NCBI RefSeq assembly: GCF_023910625.1
Contig: NZ_JAAVVW010000002.1
Location: forward strand, 294,024 to 358,023
Direction of reading: 5' to 3'
Length of the DNA: 64,000 nt
Source of the DNA: Limnohabitans sp.
GTDB taxonomy: Bacteria > Pseudomonadota > Gammaproteobacteria > Burkholderiales > Burkholderiaceae_C
Part shown: one piece after another, positions 44,094 to 53,722 of the stretch
Layout: every line of letters starts with the position of its first letter
How positions within the stretch are numbered: the first letter of the stretch is position 1
Notes under the pieces: generated by a model
Database searches by the model: none
The model's input: only the letters and a program-made list of their open reading frames with translations
Told to the model about the DNA's origin: nothing
Made by a program: the position numbers and the translations under genes

Positions 44094-45023
44094 ATGTCAA
44101 GCGCAATAACTCGTAGCTCTTCAGGGCAAGTTAAGTCGAATAACACGACTTACACGGATCAACTGAAGGATCTGCCAAAAAACACACCAAAAACACCACC
44201 AGACCTCGGTTTGCAACCCTTTTTCGGGGCTAACTGGGGTCACCCTGATTTAAAAAAATATCTTCCCTCCGTTCTAGGAGGAGCCCAAACTATACCGGGT
44301 GGGCCCACGAGCCAGGGGGGATTAGGCGTGGCTGTGTACTTTCCCCAAGCCAACACCGTTTTTGCAACTACTACTGGTAAGCCAATCGGACTAAAAAACT
44401 TAGAAAAATATGCACTGAAACCTGTGATAACCGCTACGCAAGATCCAAAAACCGGCAAGTTTTCGGTACAGATTGGGGCGGGTAATGCACATGAGATTGA
44501 TAAGTCAGGAACCTTTGTTTTTTGGAATGTACGTGTCGCTGGCGATGCTATAAACAACGCGTTAGAACGTTCCAAAACAAACGGATCGAACCCCATCGTC
44601 ATTAGCAATATAAATGCCGGACTTTTAACATCGGCTTTGTGCCCAAAAGATACCAGGAAAAACAACCCGGGCAATGCGACCGCAGGTCTTGCCGTAGGTA
44701 CGGGCTTTAGTGGATTGAAACTCGTTGCCAAAAATGGCAACCTTGAAGTTACCAATTCTAGTGGAATTAGCCTTCCTGTAGCAGCCTTCCAAGCCGGTCT
44801 TACTGCGGCGGCGGCAACGCAGACTTTTGCCAAACTCAGCGGTTGCACGGCTGAACAGAGCGTTAACGAATTCAAGCAGAATTTGCAACAGGCTTTAAAA
44901 GCCGGCCAGGACAACTTGGCAGAATTTGGCAAAGGCGCTGACCAAGTGGCGGGTGGTTTGGCGGGTCTTGTGGGTGCGTTTTTTGCTCCGTTGTTCGATA
45001 ATTGGGGGCCGAGTGGCATATAA
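44094..45023 (+). CDS. Hypothetical protein, candidate T3SS effector or secreted protein
   Basis: 309 aa in a clearly AT-richer segment. The N-terminus MSSAITRSSSGQVKSNNTTYT is polar and free of acidic residues. Gly/Asn/Thr-rich. Hydrophobic Gly-rich C-end GGLAGLVGAFFAPLF. Confidence 0.55.
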   Translation: MSSAITRSSSGQVKSNNTTYTDQLKDLPKNTPKTPPDLGLQPFFGANWGHPDLKKYLPSVLGGAQTIPGGPTSQGGLGVAVYFPQANTVFATTTGKPIGLKNLEKYALKPVITATQDPKTGKFSVQIGAGNAHEIDKSGTFVFWNVRVAGDAINNALERSKTNGSNPIVISNINAGLLTSALCPKDTRKNNPGNATAGLAVGTGFSGLKLVAKNGNLEVTNSSGISLPVAAFQAGLTAAAATQTFAKLSGCTAEQSVNEFKQNLQQALKAGQDNLAEFGKGADQVAGGLAGLVGAFFAPLFDNWGPSGI

Positions 45024-45633
45024 ACCTATCGCTCGCCTGCGTTAAGTCTTGCGCACTTGTAGCGGTCTAGCTTTCATGAATCCGGGCGACGCCCCGGATG
45101 ATGAAACAGGCTTGAGCGGGAGCTCAGACCAGCGATTTCGGTGGGCACCGAGGCACCTTTAGTTTTGACGTTGACACATCAACTGGAAGGCTTGCTATGG
45201 GCATTGCCCCCCAATCTACAGGCGCGTTGTCGGCCTGGGCGCACTGAGAGCCTGGCCCGCAATCGACGGCGTGCCAGCCGGCAGGACAGCTTTGAGGCCT
45301 TGCAGGCCGAAGAGCGCACGCCAGCACATCGCTTTTGTGGACGCGGCTGCGGGCGGGGTTACATTTTTTTGACCGCTTGTCGTGCCATGAAAAGTGAGCG
45401 GTCTTTTCTTATTCTGCGCACAGGGCGAGGGCGGTGGCCGTGTCGGTGTTTCCCGCATCGCTGCGACCCGGTCTCATTGGCAGAAAAGCACCGCCGGGCT
45501 CAAGCGCGGTGACGTGCAGGGCAGCCAGCGATTCTCAGGATGAAGACTTGATGCCGTCGGGCTCCATCTAGACGGCGCTTCGAAGCAAAAAGCAGCGCCA
45601 GCGGGCCAAACCGTGGTGTGTTGGCAAGCAAAC

Positions 45634-45677
45634 CGCCACATCAGCGCCACATCAGCGCCACATCAGCGCCACATAAG
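45634..45677. repeat. 11-bp tandem repeat (CGCCACATCAG) x3 plus one degenerate copy
   Basis: cgccacatcag cgccacatcag cgccacatcag cgccacataag, read directly from the sequence in an apparently non-coding stretch. Confidence 0.9.
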
Positions 45678-46175
45678 ACTCTTGTTTTGACGACGTTATG
45701 CGACGTATCCCTCAACCGTTCAGGCGCGTCCGGTTAAACCTAGAAAAAGCAGTTGGATGCGCCCGAGTGTGCCGCGCCCGGCGTGTCCAGCAAGGCGAGA
45801 CAACGAAGCGGGCTACTGCCCGCGAGGCGGAGCAACGCAGCTTGGCGCGTTGGGAGTGGTGCAATCGGGCGCATAGCGCCGTCACAACTGCTTAGCGCTG
45901 CCTGCCTCTTTCGATGTGGCGGCATCGGGCGGCAAGGCGCATGAGATCGGGGTTTTCTCGATAGTCCTTGCCTGCGCGTCGTGCCCATCGAGCGCGACGG
46001 TCTGGCGTTTGGGCAGGTCCGCTGGGGCGCTGGGGCGCTGGCAGCCAGCCCAGGTCGTGTGCGATGGCGGCACACAAGCCGTTGATGCTTTTGCCGCCCA
46101 AAATTCAACCCTCGCCCCGTTGACACAAAGTTCGGGACAGGCTCTGTGCCAGTCTTTTTCAATACGCCCGTACGC

Positions 46176-47537
46176 TTAAGAAACCTGGGCCAAATCCCGC
46201 AAATCATTCACCGTGGTTTCAAACTCCGCCCGCTCGTCAACTTCCTGCTTCAGAAAGACTTTGAGCTCAGGGTTGATGGCCACCGCCATGTCGGCGTTGG
46301 CATCTTCACCCTGGCGGTATTCGCCGACTTGAATCAGGATTTCCAGATCCTGAAACTTCGCCCACAGTTCCCGCGCGCGAACCGAGGCCCGGCGATGCGA
46401 GTCGTCAACCAAGCGCGACATCACGCGGCTGGTACTGGCCAGTATGTCAATCGCCGGGTAATGGCCGGCTTCGGCCAGTTTGCGTGATAGAACAATATGC
46501 CCGTCCAGCAGCGAGCGCACTTCTTCTGAAACAGGGTCCATGCCGTCATCGGTTTCTTCCAGCACCGTGTAAAAGCCGGTGATGGCCCCTTCACTGGACT
46601 GCCCGGCCCTTTCAAGAAGCCGGGGCAACTGTGAAAAGACTGAAGGCGGAAAGCCCCGGCGCGTTGGCGGCTCACCGGCAGACAAGCCCACCTCACGCAG
46701 CGCCCGCGCGTAGCGCGTGACTGAATCCATCAGTAGCAAAACCGACAAGCCCTGATCGCGAAAGTATTCGGCAATGCTCGTGGCCACCTGCGCTGCGCGA
46801 ATGCGTTCCATGGCGGGCCGGTCTGATGTGGCCACCACCACGACTGAACGCTGCAATGCCTCTGGCCCCAAGGAGTGCTCAAGAAACTCGCTTACTTCCC
46901 GACCGCGCTCACCAATCAGCGCAATCACATTGATCTGCGCGCTGGAGTTGGTGGCCAGCATGCTCAGTAGGGTGCTTTTACCGCAGCCGGCAGGCGCAAA
47001 AATACCCACCCGCTGGCCCTCACCACAGGTCAAAAAGCCATCAATACAACGCACCCCCAGGTGCAGCGGCGTGTCAACCGGCTTTCGCGACAGCGGCGGC
47101 GGAGCGTCCTGCTCAACCGACACATGTGCATAACCCGTCACTTCTTCCGCATCACCATCCAGGTAGTGACTACCCAACCCATTAAGCACCCGGCCCAGCA
47201 AAAAATCACCCACAAACACCCCGGGCCGACGCCCAGTGTTGACCACTTCGGTGTTGGTGGCAATGCCTTCCGTCTGCCCCATCAGCGCCAGCAGCACATG
47301 CTTGTTGGCAAAGCCGATGACCTCACCCGCCAGCACTTTGCCGTTGATCAGGCGCAGTTCACACAAGTCACCCACTCGCGCCACCAGACCACTGACCTTG
47401 ACCAGCGTGCCGACCGCTTCAATCACGCGACCACGCCGTACAAATGGGTCAAAGGTGTCAACGGCAACGGCCAACTGATCACTGATCTGCGATTCAAGGT
47501 CGCTCAGCTGTGATTGGGTTTCGGTTGGGGTGGTCAT
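46176..47537 (-). CDS. sctN: T3SS ATPase SctN (YscN/HrcN/EscN/FliI family)
   Basis: 453 aa. Walker A is GIFAPAGCGKSTLL and Walker B is VLLLMDSVTRYARALREVGLSAGEPPTRRGFPPSVFSQLPRLLERAG. Typical of F1/T3SS ATPases. Confidence 0.95.
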   Translation of the reverse strand: MTTPTETQSQLSDLESQISDQLAVAVDTFDPFVRRGRVIEAVGTLVKVSGLVARVGDLCELRLINGKVLAGEVIGFANKHVLLALMGQTEGIATNTEVVNTGRRPGVFVGDFLLGRVLNGLGSHYLDGDAEEVTGYAHVSVEQDAPPPLSRKPVDTPLHLGVRCIDGFLTCGEGQRVGIFAPAGCGKSTLLSMLATNSSAQINVIALIGERGREVSEFLEHSLGPEALQRSVVVVATSDRPAMERIRAAQVATSIAEYFRDQGLSVLLLMDSVTRYARALREVGLSAGEPPTRRGFPPSVFSQLPRLLERAGQSSEGAITGFYTVLEETDDGMDPVSEEVRSLLDGHIVLSRKLAEAGHYPAIDILASTSRVMSRLVDDSHRRASVRARELWAKFQDLEILIQVGEYRQGEDANADMAVAINPELKVFLKQEVDERAEFETTVNDLRDLAQVS

Positions 47538-47651
47538 CTGAACAAAACGATTGCCTCTCTAAAAGGAAGTCAATCAAATCAATCAAGAATATTTTTAAAC
47601 GGCTTCATATCAATTTTGCAGAATATCTTTATAGACCTTTACAACAATTTT

Positions 47652-48497
47652 TCATGTCTCCAAAAAGACAGGGCGCTGTGCGGCCAACTTGGGCAGCACG
47701 CGGCCAGCATTGGCGCTGGTCGCTGCCGCCAGATCGGTGAGCGGCAGGCCCCGCAAATCGGCCAGCACCTGGGCGATGCGGGGCAGCTCGGCCGGACTGT
47801 TGCGCCCCTGTGTTGCGCCCAGCGCCCGCTGCTGGGCGGTTTGGTAGAGCCACTGCGGCGGGATGTCGGGTGCATCGGTTTCTAGCACGATGGCGCTCAA
47901 GGGCAACTCACGGGCCAGCCGGCGCAGTTGCAAAGACCGTTCATAGGTGAGCGTGCCGCCAAAGCCGAGCGCAAAGCCCATGTCCACAAAAGCCTGCGCC
48001 TGCTGGGCACTGCCATTGAAAGCGTGGGCAATGCCCGAGACCACCGGGCACTGGCGCAAGCCTTTGAGCAAAAGATCAGCCGATCGGCGCACATGCAAGA
48101 CCACGGGCAGGCCGTGCTTTTGGGCCAGTTTGAGTTGCGCGGTGTAGAAAAACCATTGGCGCTCGCGCATCTTGGGCGTGCACAGTTCGGGCACAAAAAA
48201 GTCCAGCCCGATTTCGCCCACCGCCACCAACCTCGGGTCGCCTGCGCGTTCGTACAAGGCTTGGTCCAGCGCCAGCAAGTCAGCCTCTTGGGCCTGCGGC
48301 ACATACAGCGGGTGAATGCCCAAAGCGTAAGCGTCGCCATGCCGCTCGGCCAGTTTCGCCACCTCGGCCCAGTGGGGGGCGTGCACCGCCGGGATCACGC
48401 AGCGCGCCACGCCGGCTTGGCGTGCTGCTTGGCGCACCGCGTCGCGGTCGGCGTCAAACTCGGCCGCGTCCAGGTGGCAGTGCGTGTCGATCCACAT
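47652..48497 (-). CDS. tatD: TatD-family metal-dependent hydrolase
   Basis: MWIDTHCHLDAAEFDADRD... is the HxH motif. About 281 aa. Confidence 0.85.
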   Translation of the reverse strand: MWIDTHCHLDAAEFDADRDAVRQAARQAGVARCVIPAVHAPHWAEVAKLAERHGDAYALGIHPLYVPQAQEADLLALDQALYERAGDPRLVAVGEIGLDFFVPELCTPKMRERQWFFYTAQLKLAQKHGLPVVLHVRRSADLLLKGLRQCPVVSGIAHAFNGSAQQAQAFVDMGFALGFGGTLTYERSLQLRRLARELPLSAIVLETDAPDIPPQWLYQTAQQRALGATQGRNSPAELPRIAQVLADLRGLPLTDLAAATSANAGRVLPKLAAQRPVFLET

Positions 48498-48511
48498 GCC
48501 GCTGTACTGGA

Positions 48512-49210
48512 TCAAACAGGCGCTTGCAACACGCCCTTGACCAAATGCAATTGCCGGTCGCAACGCGCCGCCAAGGCGGGGTCGTGCGTGACCACCACAA
48601 AGGCGGTGCCGCGTTCGCGGGCCAGTTGCAGCATCAGCGCAAACACGCCGTCGGCGGTTTCGCGGTCCAGGTTGCCGGTGGGCTCGTCGGCCAACACACA
48701 GGCCGGGTCGTTCACCAAAGCGCGGGCCAGGGCCACACGCTGGCGCTCGCCGCCCGACAACTCTGCAGGCCGGTGGTGCAGGCGCTCACCCAGACCCACG
48801 CGTTGCAACCAGCCCGTGCCCACAACGGCAGATTCGACGCGGTCCTGCCTGCGAATCCACAGCGGCATGGCCACGTTGTCCAGCGCGCTGAACTCGGGCA
48901 GCAAGTGGTGGAACTGGTAGACAAAGCCCAGGTAGCGGTTGCGCCACTGGCCTTGCCCGGCCGCGCTCAGGGCCGACAGCAATTGGCCTTTGAGCTGCAC
49001 CGAGCCTTGGGTTGGGGCGTCCAGCCCGCCCAGCAAATGCAGCAAGGTGCTCTTGCCCGAGCCCGAAGCGCCCACGATGGCCAAGGTTTCTCCAGCATGA
49101 ACCTGCAGGTCCACGCCTTGCAAAACGGTGACATCCAGACGGCCTTCGGTGAAACGCTTGGTCAGGCCCTGGGCCTGCAGCACAGTGCCCACGTTTTGCG
49201 TGTTATTCAT
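48512..49210 (-). CDS. lolD: Lipoprotein-releasing ABC transporter ATP-binding protein
   Basis: [18 protein letters not shown] is Walker [16 protein letters not shown] is the signature, and [11 protein letters not shown] is Walker B. 8-nt overlap with the upstream lolC/E-type permease gene. Confidence 0.85.
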   Translation of the reverse strand: MNNTQNVGTVLQAQGLTKRFTEGRLDVTVLQGVDLQVHAGETLAIVGASGSGKSTLLHLLGGLDAPTQGSVQLKGQLLSALSAAGQGQWRNRYLGFVYQFHHLLPEFSALDNVAMPLWIRRQDRVESAVVGTGWLQRVGLGERLHHRPAELSGGERQRVALARALVNDPACVLADEPTGNLDRETADGVFALMLQLARERGTAFVVVTHDPALAARCDRQLHLVKGVLQAPV

Positions 49211-50471
49211 AGCGCAGTGCCTCCGCCGGGTTGACCTGGCTGGCGCGCCAGCTGGGGTAGAGCGTGGCCACAAAAGCCAGCACCAGAGAGATGATGGCCA
49301 CCGGCCAGATGTCGCTGGCCAGCGGCTCGCTGGGCATGCGGCTGATCAGGTAAATGTCGCGCGGCAAAAAGCTGGCGTTGAAAAGCGTCTCCAGCGCGGG
49401 CACGATCACGTCGATGTTGAAAGCCACCAGAAGGCCTAGCGCCAAGCCACTCATGGTGCCGATCACGCCCACCGTGGCGCCCTGCACCACAAAAATGCCC
49501 ATGATGCTGCGCGGGCTGGCCCCCAGCGTGCGCAAGATCGCGATGTCGGCGCGCTTGTCGGTCACCGTCATCACCAAGGTGCTGACCAAATTGAAAGCAG
49601 CCACCGCCACGATCAGGGTGAGGATGATGAACATCATGCGTTTTTCCACCTGCACGGCAGCAAACCAGGTTCGGTTTTGCTGCGTCCAGTCGCGCACAAA
49701 AAACTGCGGCCCTAAATCCAGCTGCAGGTCACGCGCCACCTCCCGCGCCAGGTGCAAATCGCGCAACTTCAGGCGCACACCGCTGGGGCCATCCAGTCGG
49801 AACATGCGGGCCGCGTCCTCAACGTGCATCAGCGCCAACGCCGAGTCGTATTCGTAATGCCCCGAAGAAAACGTGCCCACCACGCCCATTTGCTTCATGC
49901 GCGGCAATACGCCCGCAGGCGTGACCTGGCCAGACGGTGACACCAAAGTCACGGGGTCGCCACTTTGCAAACCCAGGTTGTTGGCCAGATCGCGGCCCAG
50001 CACCAAGCTGAATTCCCCCGGCAGAAGGCGCTGCAGCACCCCGGCTTGCGTGTCGTTCGATAAATCACTGACCTCAGGCTCCAGCGCCGGGTCAATGCCG
50101 CGCACCAGCACGCCCTTCATGTCCTCGCCCCGCGCCAGCAAAGCCTGCGCGGTGATGAAGGGGGCCGCGCCCAGCACCTGCGGGTTGGCCTTCAGGCGGG
50201 CCAACAAGGCAGGCAAATCGGCCACAGCCGCGCCATCGGCGGCGTACACCTCGATGTGCGAGACCACGCCCAACATGCGGTCGCGCACCTCTTTTTGAAA
50301 GCCGTTCATCACGCTCAGCACGATGATGAGCGCGGCCACGCCCAGGCCAATGCCCATCATGGACACCCCGGAAATGAAGGAAATGAAGCCGTTTCGCCGG
50401 GTGGCGCGGCCTGCACGCGTGTAGCGCCAGCCCAGCGCCAGCTCATAAGGGATGTTTTTGAAAAAAGACAT
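49203..50471 (-). CDS. Lipoprotein-releasing system permease (LolC/LolE family)
   Basis: 422 aa. MacB-like FtsX architecture. N-terminus [38 protein letters not shown]. Confidence 0.85.
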   Translation of the reverse strand: MSFFKNIPYELALGWRYTRAGRATRRNGFISFISGVSMMGIGLGVAALIIVLSVMNGFQKEVRDRMLGVVSHIEVYAADGAAVADLPALLARLKANPQVLGAAPFITAQALLARGEDMKGVLVRGIDPALEPEVSDLSNDTQAGVLQRLLPGEFSLVLGRDLANNLGLQSGDPVTLVSPSGQVTPAGVLPRMKQMGVVGTFSSGHYEYDSALALMHVEDAARMFRLDGPSGVRLKLRDLHLAREVARDLQLDLGPQFFVRDWTQQNRTWFAAVQVEKRMMFIILTLIVAVAAFNLVSTLVMTVTDKRADIAILRTLGASPRSIMGIFVVQGATVGVIGTMSGLALGLLVAFNIDVIVPALETLFNASFLPRDIYLISRMPSEPLASDIWPVAIISLVLAFVATLYPSWRASQVNPAEALRYE

Positions 50472-50521
50472 AGGGGTGTATTGTGCCGTGCAGCCCTTGG
50501 GGCCTGCGACAATCGTCCCCC

Positions 50522-51472
50522 ATGCACCTGATCATTCCCTATGCGGCCAGCCATGCCCTGAACGGCCCCGAGGTTTGGGCTGGCTTGCAACTGCCACAAC
50601 TGCAGACCTTGCTCGGCCTGATGCTGCGCCAGCAAGTGCTGCAAGACCCTGAAACCGCTCTGCTGCACTTGCCGCACGAACGCCTGCACGCCCAGGCTCT
50701 GGGATGGCCCCCTGCGGCCACCGCCCTGCCCTGGGCCGCTTGGCATCAATCGCAACAAGGCCTCCCCCGCAATGCGCCCCAAGCCTGGATGACGCCCTGC
50801 CACTGGCAAGTCGGCATGGACCAAGTGGTGATGGCCGACCCAGCGCATTTGCACCTGTCGGACGAAGAGTCGCAGTCACTGCTGCAAGCCATGCAACCGT
50901 TTTTGCAAGAAGACGGCTTGCAAGTGACGTGGCACAGCGCTTTGCTGTGGCACGCCCAAGGGGCGATGCTGGCCGATTTGCCCACCCCATCGCTCGACCG
51001 GGTGATCGGCCAAAACGTCAAAGACTGGCTGCCCGACCACCCCGCTGCCCGACCGCTGCAACGCCTGCAAAGCGAGATGCAGATGCTGCTGTACAACCAC
51101 CCGGTGAACGACGCCCGCGATACGCGCAAGCAATACACCGTCAACGCCTTTTGGCTGCACGGCGCGGGCACACTGCCCATCAGTGGCCCGGTGTCTGCAC
51201 CGCCCTCAGTGACCGTTTCAACCACCTTGCGATCGGCCGCCTTGCACGGCCAAGTGCAGGCCTGGCAACAAGCTTGGCAGCAACTCGATGCCACGGCCGT
51301 GGCCGACTTGCTGCAGCACGTCAAAACCACCGGCCAAGGCACGCTCAGCCTGTGCAGCGAACACACGGCCCACACCTACACCGCCGCGCCTGCGGCTTGG
51401 CACCAGCGGATCACCCGCCTGTTTAAAAAAACCTCCCCTGCAGCGGCACTCCAAGCCCTGATTGCCTCCTGA
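50522..51472 (+). CDS. Conserved hypothetical protein (between lolC and recJ)
   Basis: About 316 aa from MHLIIPYAASH.... High-GC codon usage consistent with the core genome. No motif assigned. Confidence 0.6.
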   Translation: MHLIIPYAASHALNGPEVWAGLQLPQLQTLLGLMLRQQVLQDPETALLHLPHERLHAQALGWPPAATALPWAAWHQSQQGLPRNAPQAWMTPCHWQVGMDQVVMADPAHLHLSDEESQSLLQAMQPFLQEDGLQVTWHSALLWHAQGAMLADLPTPSLDRVIGQNVKDWLPDHPAARPLQRLQSEMQMLLYNHPVNDARDTRKQYTVNAFWLHGAGTLPISGPVSAPPSVTVSTTLRSAALHGQVQAWQQAWQQLDATAVADLLQHVKTTGQGTLSLCSEHTAHTYTAAPAAWHQRITRLFKKTSPAAALQALIAS

Positions 51473-51490
51473 ACTCTCCTTGAAGCCCCC

Positions 51491-53200
51491 ATGAATTTGC
51501 TCACCCGAGATGTGCCCCCCCGCAGCGCCTGGGCGCTGGAACAAGCGGGCATCCACCCGCTGCTGGCCCGCCTGTATGCCGCACGCGGCGTGTTGTCCAA
51601 AGACGAACTCGACGACGCCCTGAACCTGCTGCTGCCCCCGGCCAGCATGCTGGGCACCCAGGAAGCGGCCAAGTTGTTGGCCGATGCCATCGCGCAAAAC
51701 AAGCGCCTGTGCATCGTGGCCGATTACGACTGCGACGGCGCGACCGCCTGCGCCGTGGGCGTGCGCGGCCTGCGCATGCTGGGTGCGCGCAACGTGAGCT
51801 ATCTGGTGCCCGACCGGGTGGTGGACGGCTACGGCCTGACCCCCCCCATTGCCGAGCGTGTGCACGCACAAGGGGCCGATGTGTTGATCACCGTGGACAA
51901 CGGCATCGCCAGTGTGGCGGGCGTGCAAGCGGCGCAAGCGCTGGGCCTGCAGGTGCTGGTGACCGACCACCATTTGCCGGGGAGTGAGTTGCCCACGGCC
52001 GAAGTCATCGTCAACCCCAACCAACCCGGCTGCAGCTTCACCAGCAAATCCATCGCCGGTGTGGGCGTGATGTTTTATGTGCTGCTGGCCCTGCGCGCCG
52101 AGTTGCGCCAACGCGGCGTGTTTGACGCCAGCACCCAGCCGAGATTGGACGCCCTGCTGCCCTTGGTGGCACTGGGCACCGTGGCCGACGTGGTCAAGCT
52201 CGATGCGAACAACCGCCGCCTGGTGGCGCAAGGCCTGCGCCGCGTGCGAGCGGGTGCATTGCCCCCCGGCATGTCGGCGCTGATGCGAGCGGCCAGCCGC
52301 GAAACGGCCAAGGCCACGACGTTTGACTTTGGCTTTGCCCTGGGGCCACGCATCAACGCCGCTGGCCGCCTGGCCGACATGACGCTGGGCATCGAATGCC
52401 TGTTGACCGACGACGCGGGCCGCGCCGACGAGTTGGCCAAGCAGCTGGATGCGATCAACCGCGAGCGCCGCGTGATCGAGGGCGACATGCGCGAGATGGC
52501 CATGGAAATGGCCGAGTCGTTGTTTGACGAAGGCGATGAACCGCCGCCCGCTATTTGTGTGTTTGATCCGGATTTTCACGAAGGCGTGGTCGGCATCGTG
52601 GCCTCGCGCATCAAGGACAAACTGCACCGCCCCACGTTCGTGTTTGCGGCCAGCAGCGCGCCGGGCAAGGCGCACGAACTCAAAGGTTCAGGCCGCTCGA
52701 TTGCGGGATTCCATTTGCGCGATGCGCTCGACCTGGTGGCCAAGCGCGCCCCGGGCGTGCTGCTGCGCTTTGGCGGGCACGCCATGGCGGCGGGCTGCAC
52801 CATTGCCGAAGAACACCTCGAAGTGTTTGAGGAAACGCTCAATCAGGTGGCCATGGAATCGTTGGACGCCGCCACGCTGCAACGCCGCCTGGAGACCGAC
52901 GGCCCGCTGCCTGCCGAATACCGCCGGGTGGATTTGGTGGACATGCTGCACCACGAGGTCTGGGGCCAGGGCTTTGCGCCGCCCGTGTTTTGTGAAGAGA
53001 TCGAGATCGTGTCGCAGCGCCTGGTGGGCGAAAAACACCTGTCGCTCAAGATGAAACACCAAGGCCAGCCGGTGGACGGCATCTGGTTTGGCCGCACCGA
53101 GCCGCTGCCTGCGCGGGTGAAGCTGGCTTATCGGCTGGACGCCGACGAGTGGCAGGGGCAAAAGCGGGTGCGGTTTTTGGTGGAAGGCGCGGAGATTTGA
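51491..53200 (+). CDS. recJ: Single-stranded-DNA-specific exonuclease RecJ
   Basis: 569 aa. DHH motifs (IVADYDCDGATA, ITVDNG, VTDHH) and the DHHA1 region (GGHAMAAG). Confidence 0.95.
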   Translation: MNLLTRDVPPRSAWALEQAGIHPLLARLYAARGVLSKDELDDALNLLLPPASMLGTQEAAKLLADAIAQNKRLCIVADYDCDGATACAVGVRGLRMLGARNVSYLVPDRVVDGYGLTPPIAERVHAQGADVLITVDNGIASVAGVQAAQALGLQVLVTDHHLPGSELPTAEVIVNPNQPGCSFTSKSIAGVGVMFYVLLALRAELRQRGVFDASTQPRLDALLPLVALGTVADVVKLDANNRRLVAQGLRRVRAGALPPGMSALMRAASRETAKATTFDFGFALGPRINAAGRLADMTLGIECLLTDDAGRADELAKQLDAINRERRVIEGDMREMAMEMAESLFDEGDEPPPAICVFDPDFHEGVVGIVASRIKDKLHRPTFVFAASSAPGKAHELKGSGRSIAGFHLRDALDLVAKRAPGVLLRFGGHAMAAGCTIAEEHLEVFEETLNQVAMESLDAATLQRRLETDGPLPAEYRRVDLVDMLHHEVWGQGFAPPVFCEEIEIVSQRLVGEKHLSLKMKHQGQPVDGIWFGRTEPLPARVKLAYRLDADEWQGQKRVRFLVEGAEI

Positions 53201-53203
53201 CCC

Positions 53204-53722
53204 TCAATGCTTGGTGGCGACCTTGGCCTGCAAGGCGTTGAGCACCGGAGTCGATACCAAACCCGACACATCACCGCCGAGCTTGGCGATTTCGCGCACC
53301 AAGGTGCTGCTGATGTGCTGCACATGGGCGCTGGTGTGCAGAAACACCGTGTCGATTTCCGGGGCCAAATGGCGGTTCATGCCCGACATTTGGGTTTCAT
53401 AGTCGTAGTCGGTCACCGAGCGCAGACCGCGCACGATCACTTGGGCGTTTTGCGAACGTACAAACTCGACGATCAGGCCATCAAACGGCAGCGCCTTCAC
53501 GTTCGGGCAATCGGCCAGCGCGGCCTGCGTCAAGGCCACGCGCTCGTCCAGGCTGAACACGGTTTTTTTGTGGTGCGCCACAGCCACGGCAATGATGACC
53601 TGGTCAAACATTTGGGCAGCACGGCGGATCGCGTCTTCATGGCCCAGCGTGAGCGGGTCAAAGGTGCCCGAATAAACAGCTGTGACAACAGCGGTCACAG
53701 GGGTGTTGGCAGATCGGCTCAT
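53204..53722 (-). CDS. coaD: Phosphopantetheine adenylyltransferase
   Basis: AVYSGTFDPLTLGHEDAIRRAA is the (T/H)xGH motif, and ...ISSTLVREI... is present. About 170 aa. Confidence 0.95.
   Translation of the reverse strand: MSRSANTPVTAVVTAVYSGTFDPLTLGHEDAIRRAAQMFDQVIIAVAVAHHKKTVFSLDERVALTQAALADCPNVKALPFDGLIVEFVRSQNAQVIVRGLRSVTDYDYETQMSGMNRHLAPEIDTVFLHTSAHVQHISSTLVREIAKLGGDVSGLVSTPVLNALQAKVATKH

Noticed and set aside
45634-45677. Possible CRISPR array.
   Set aside because: The 11-bp units are directly tandem with no spacers and there are only 4 copies, so this is a simple microsatellite-like repeat.
46957-46983. Unusual SctN Walker A (APAGCGKST instead of AGSGVGKST) as a sign of inactivation.
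   Set aside because: It still satisfies [AG]xxxxGK[ST], and the Walker B and catalytic regions are intact.
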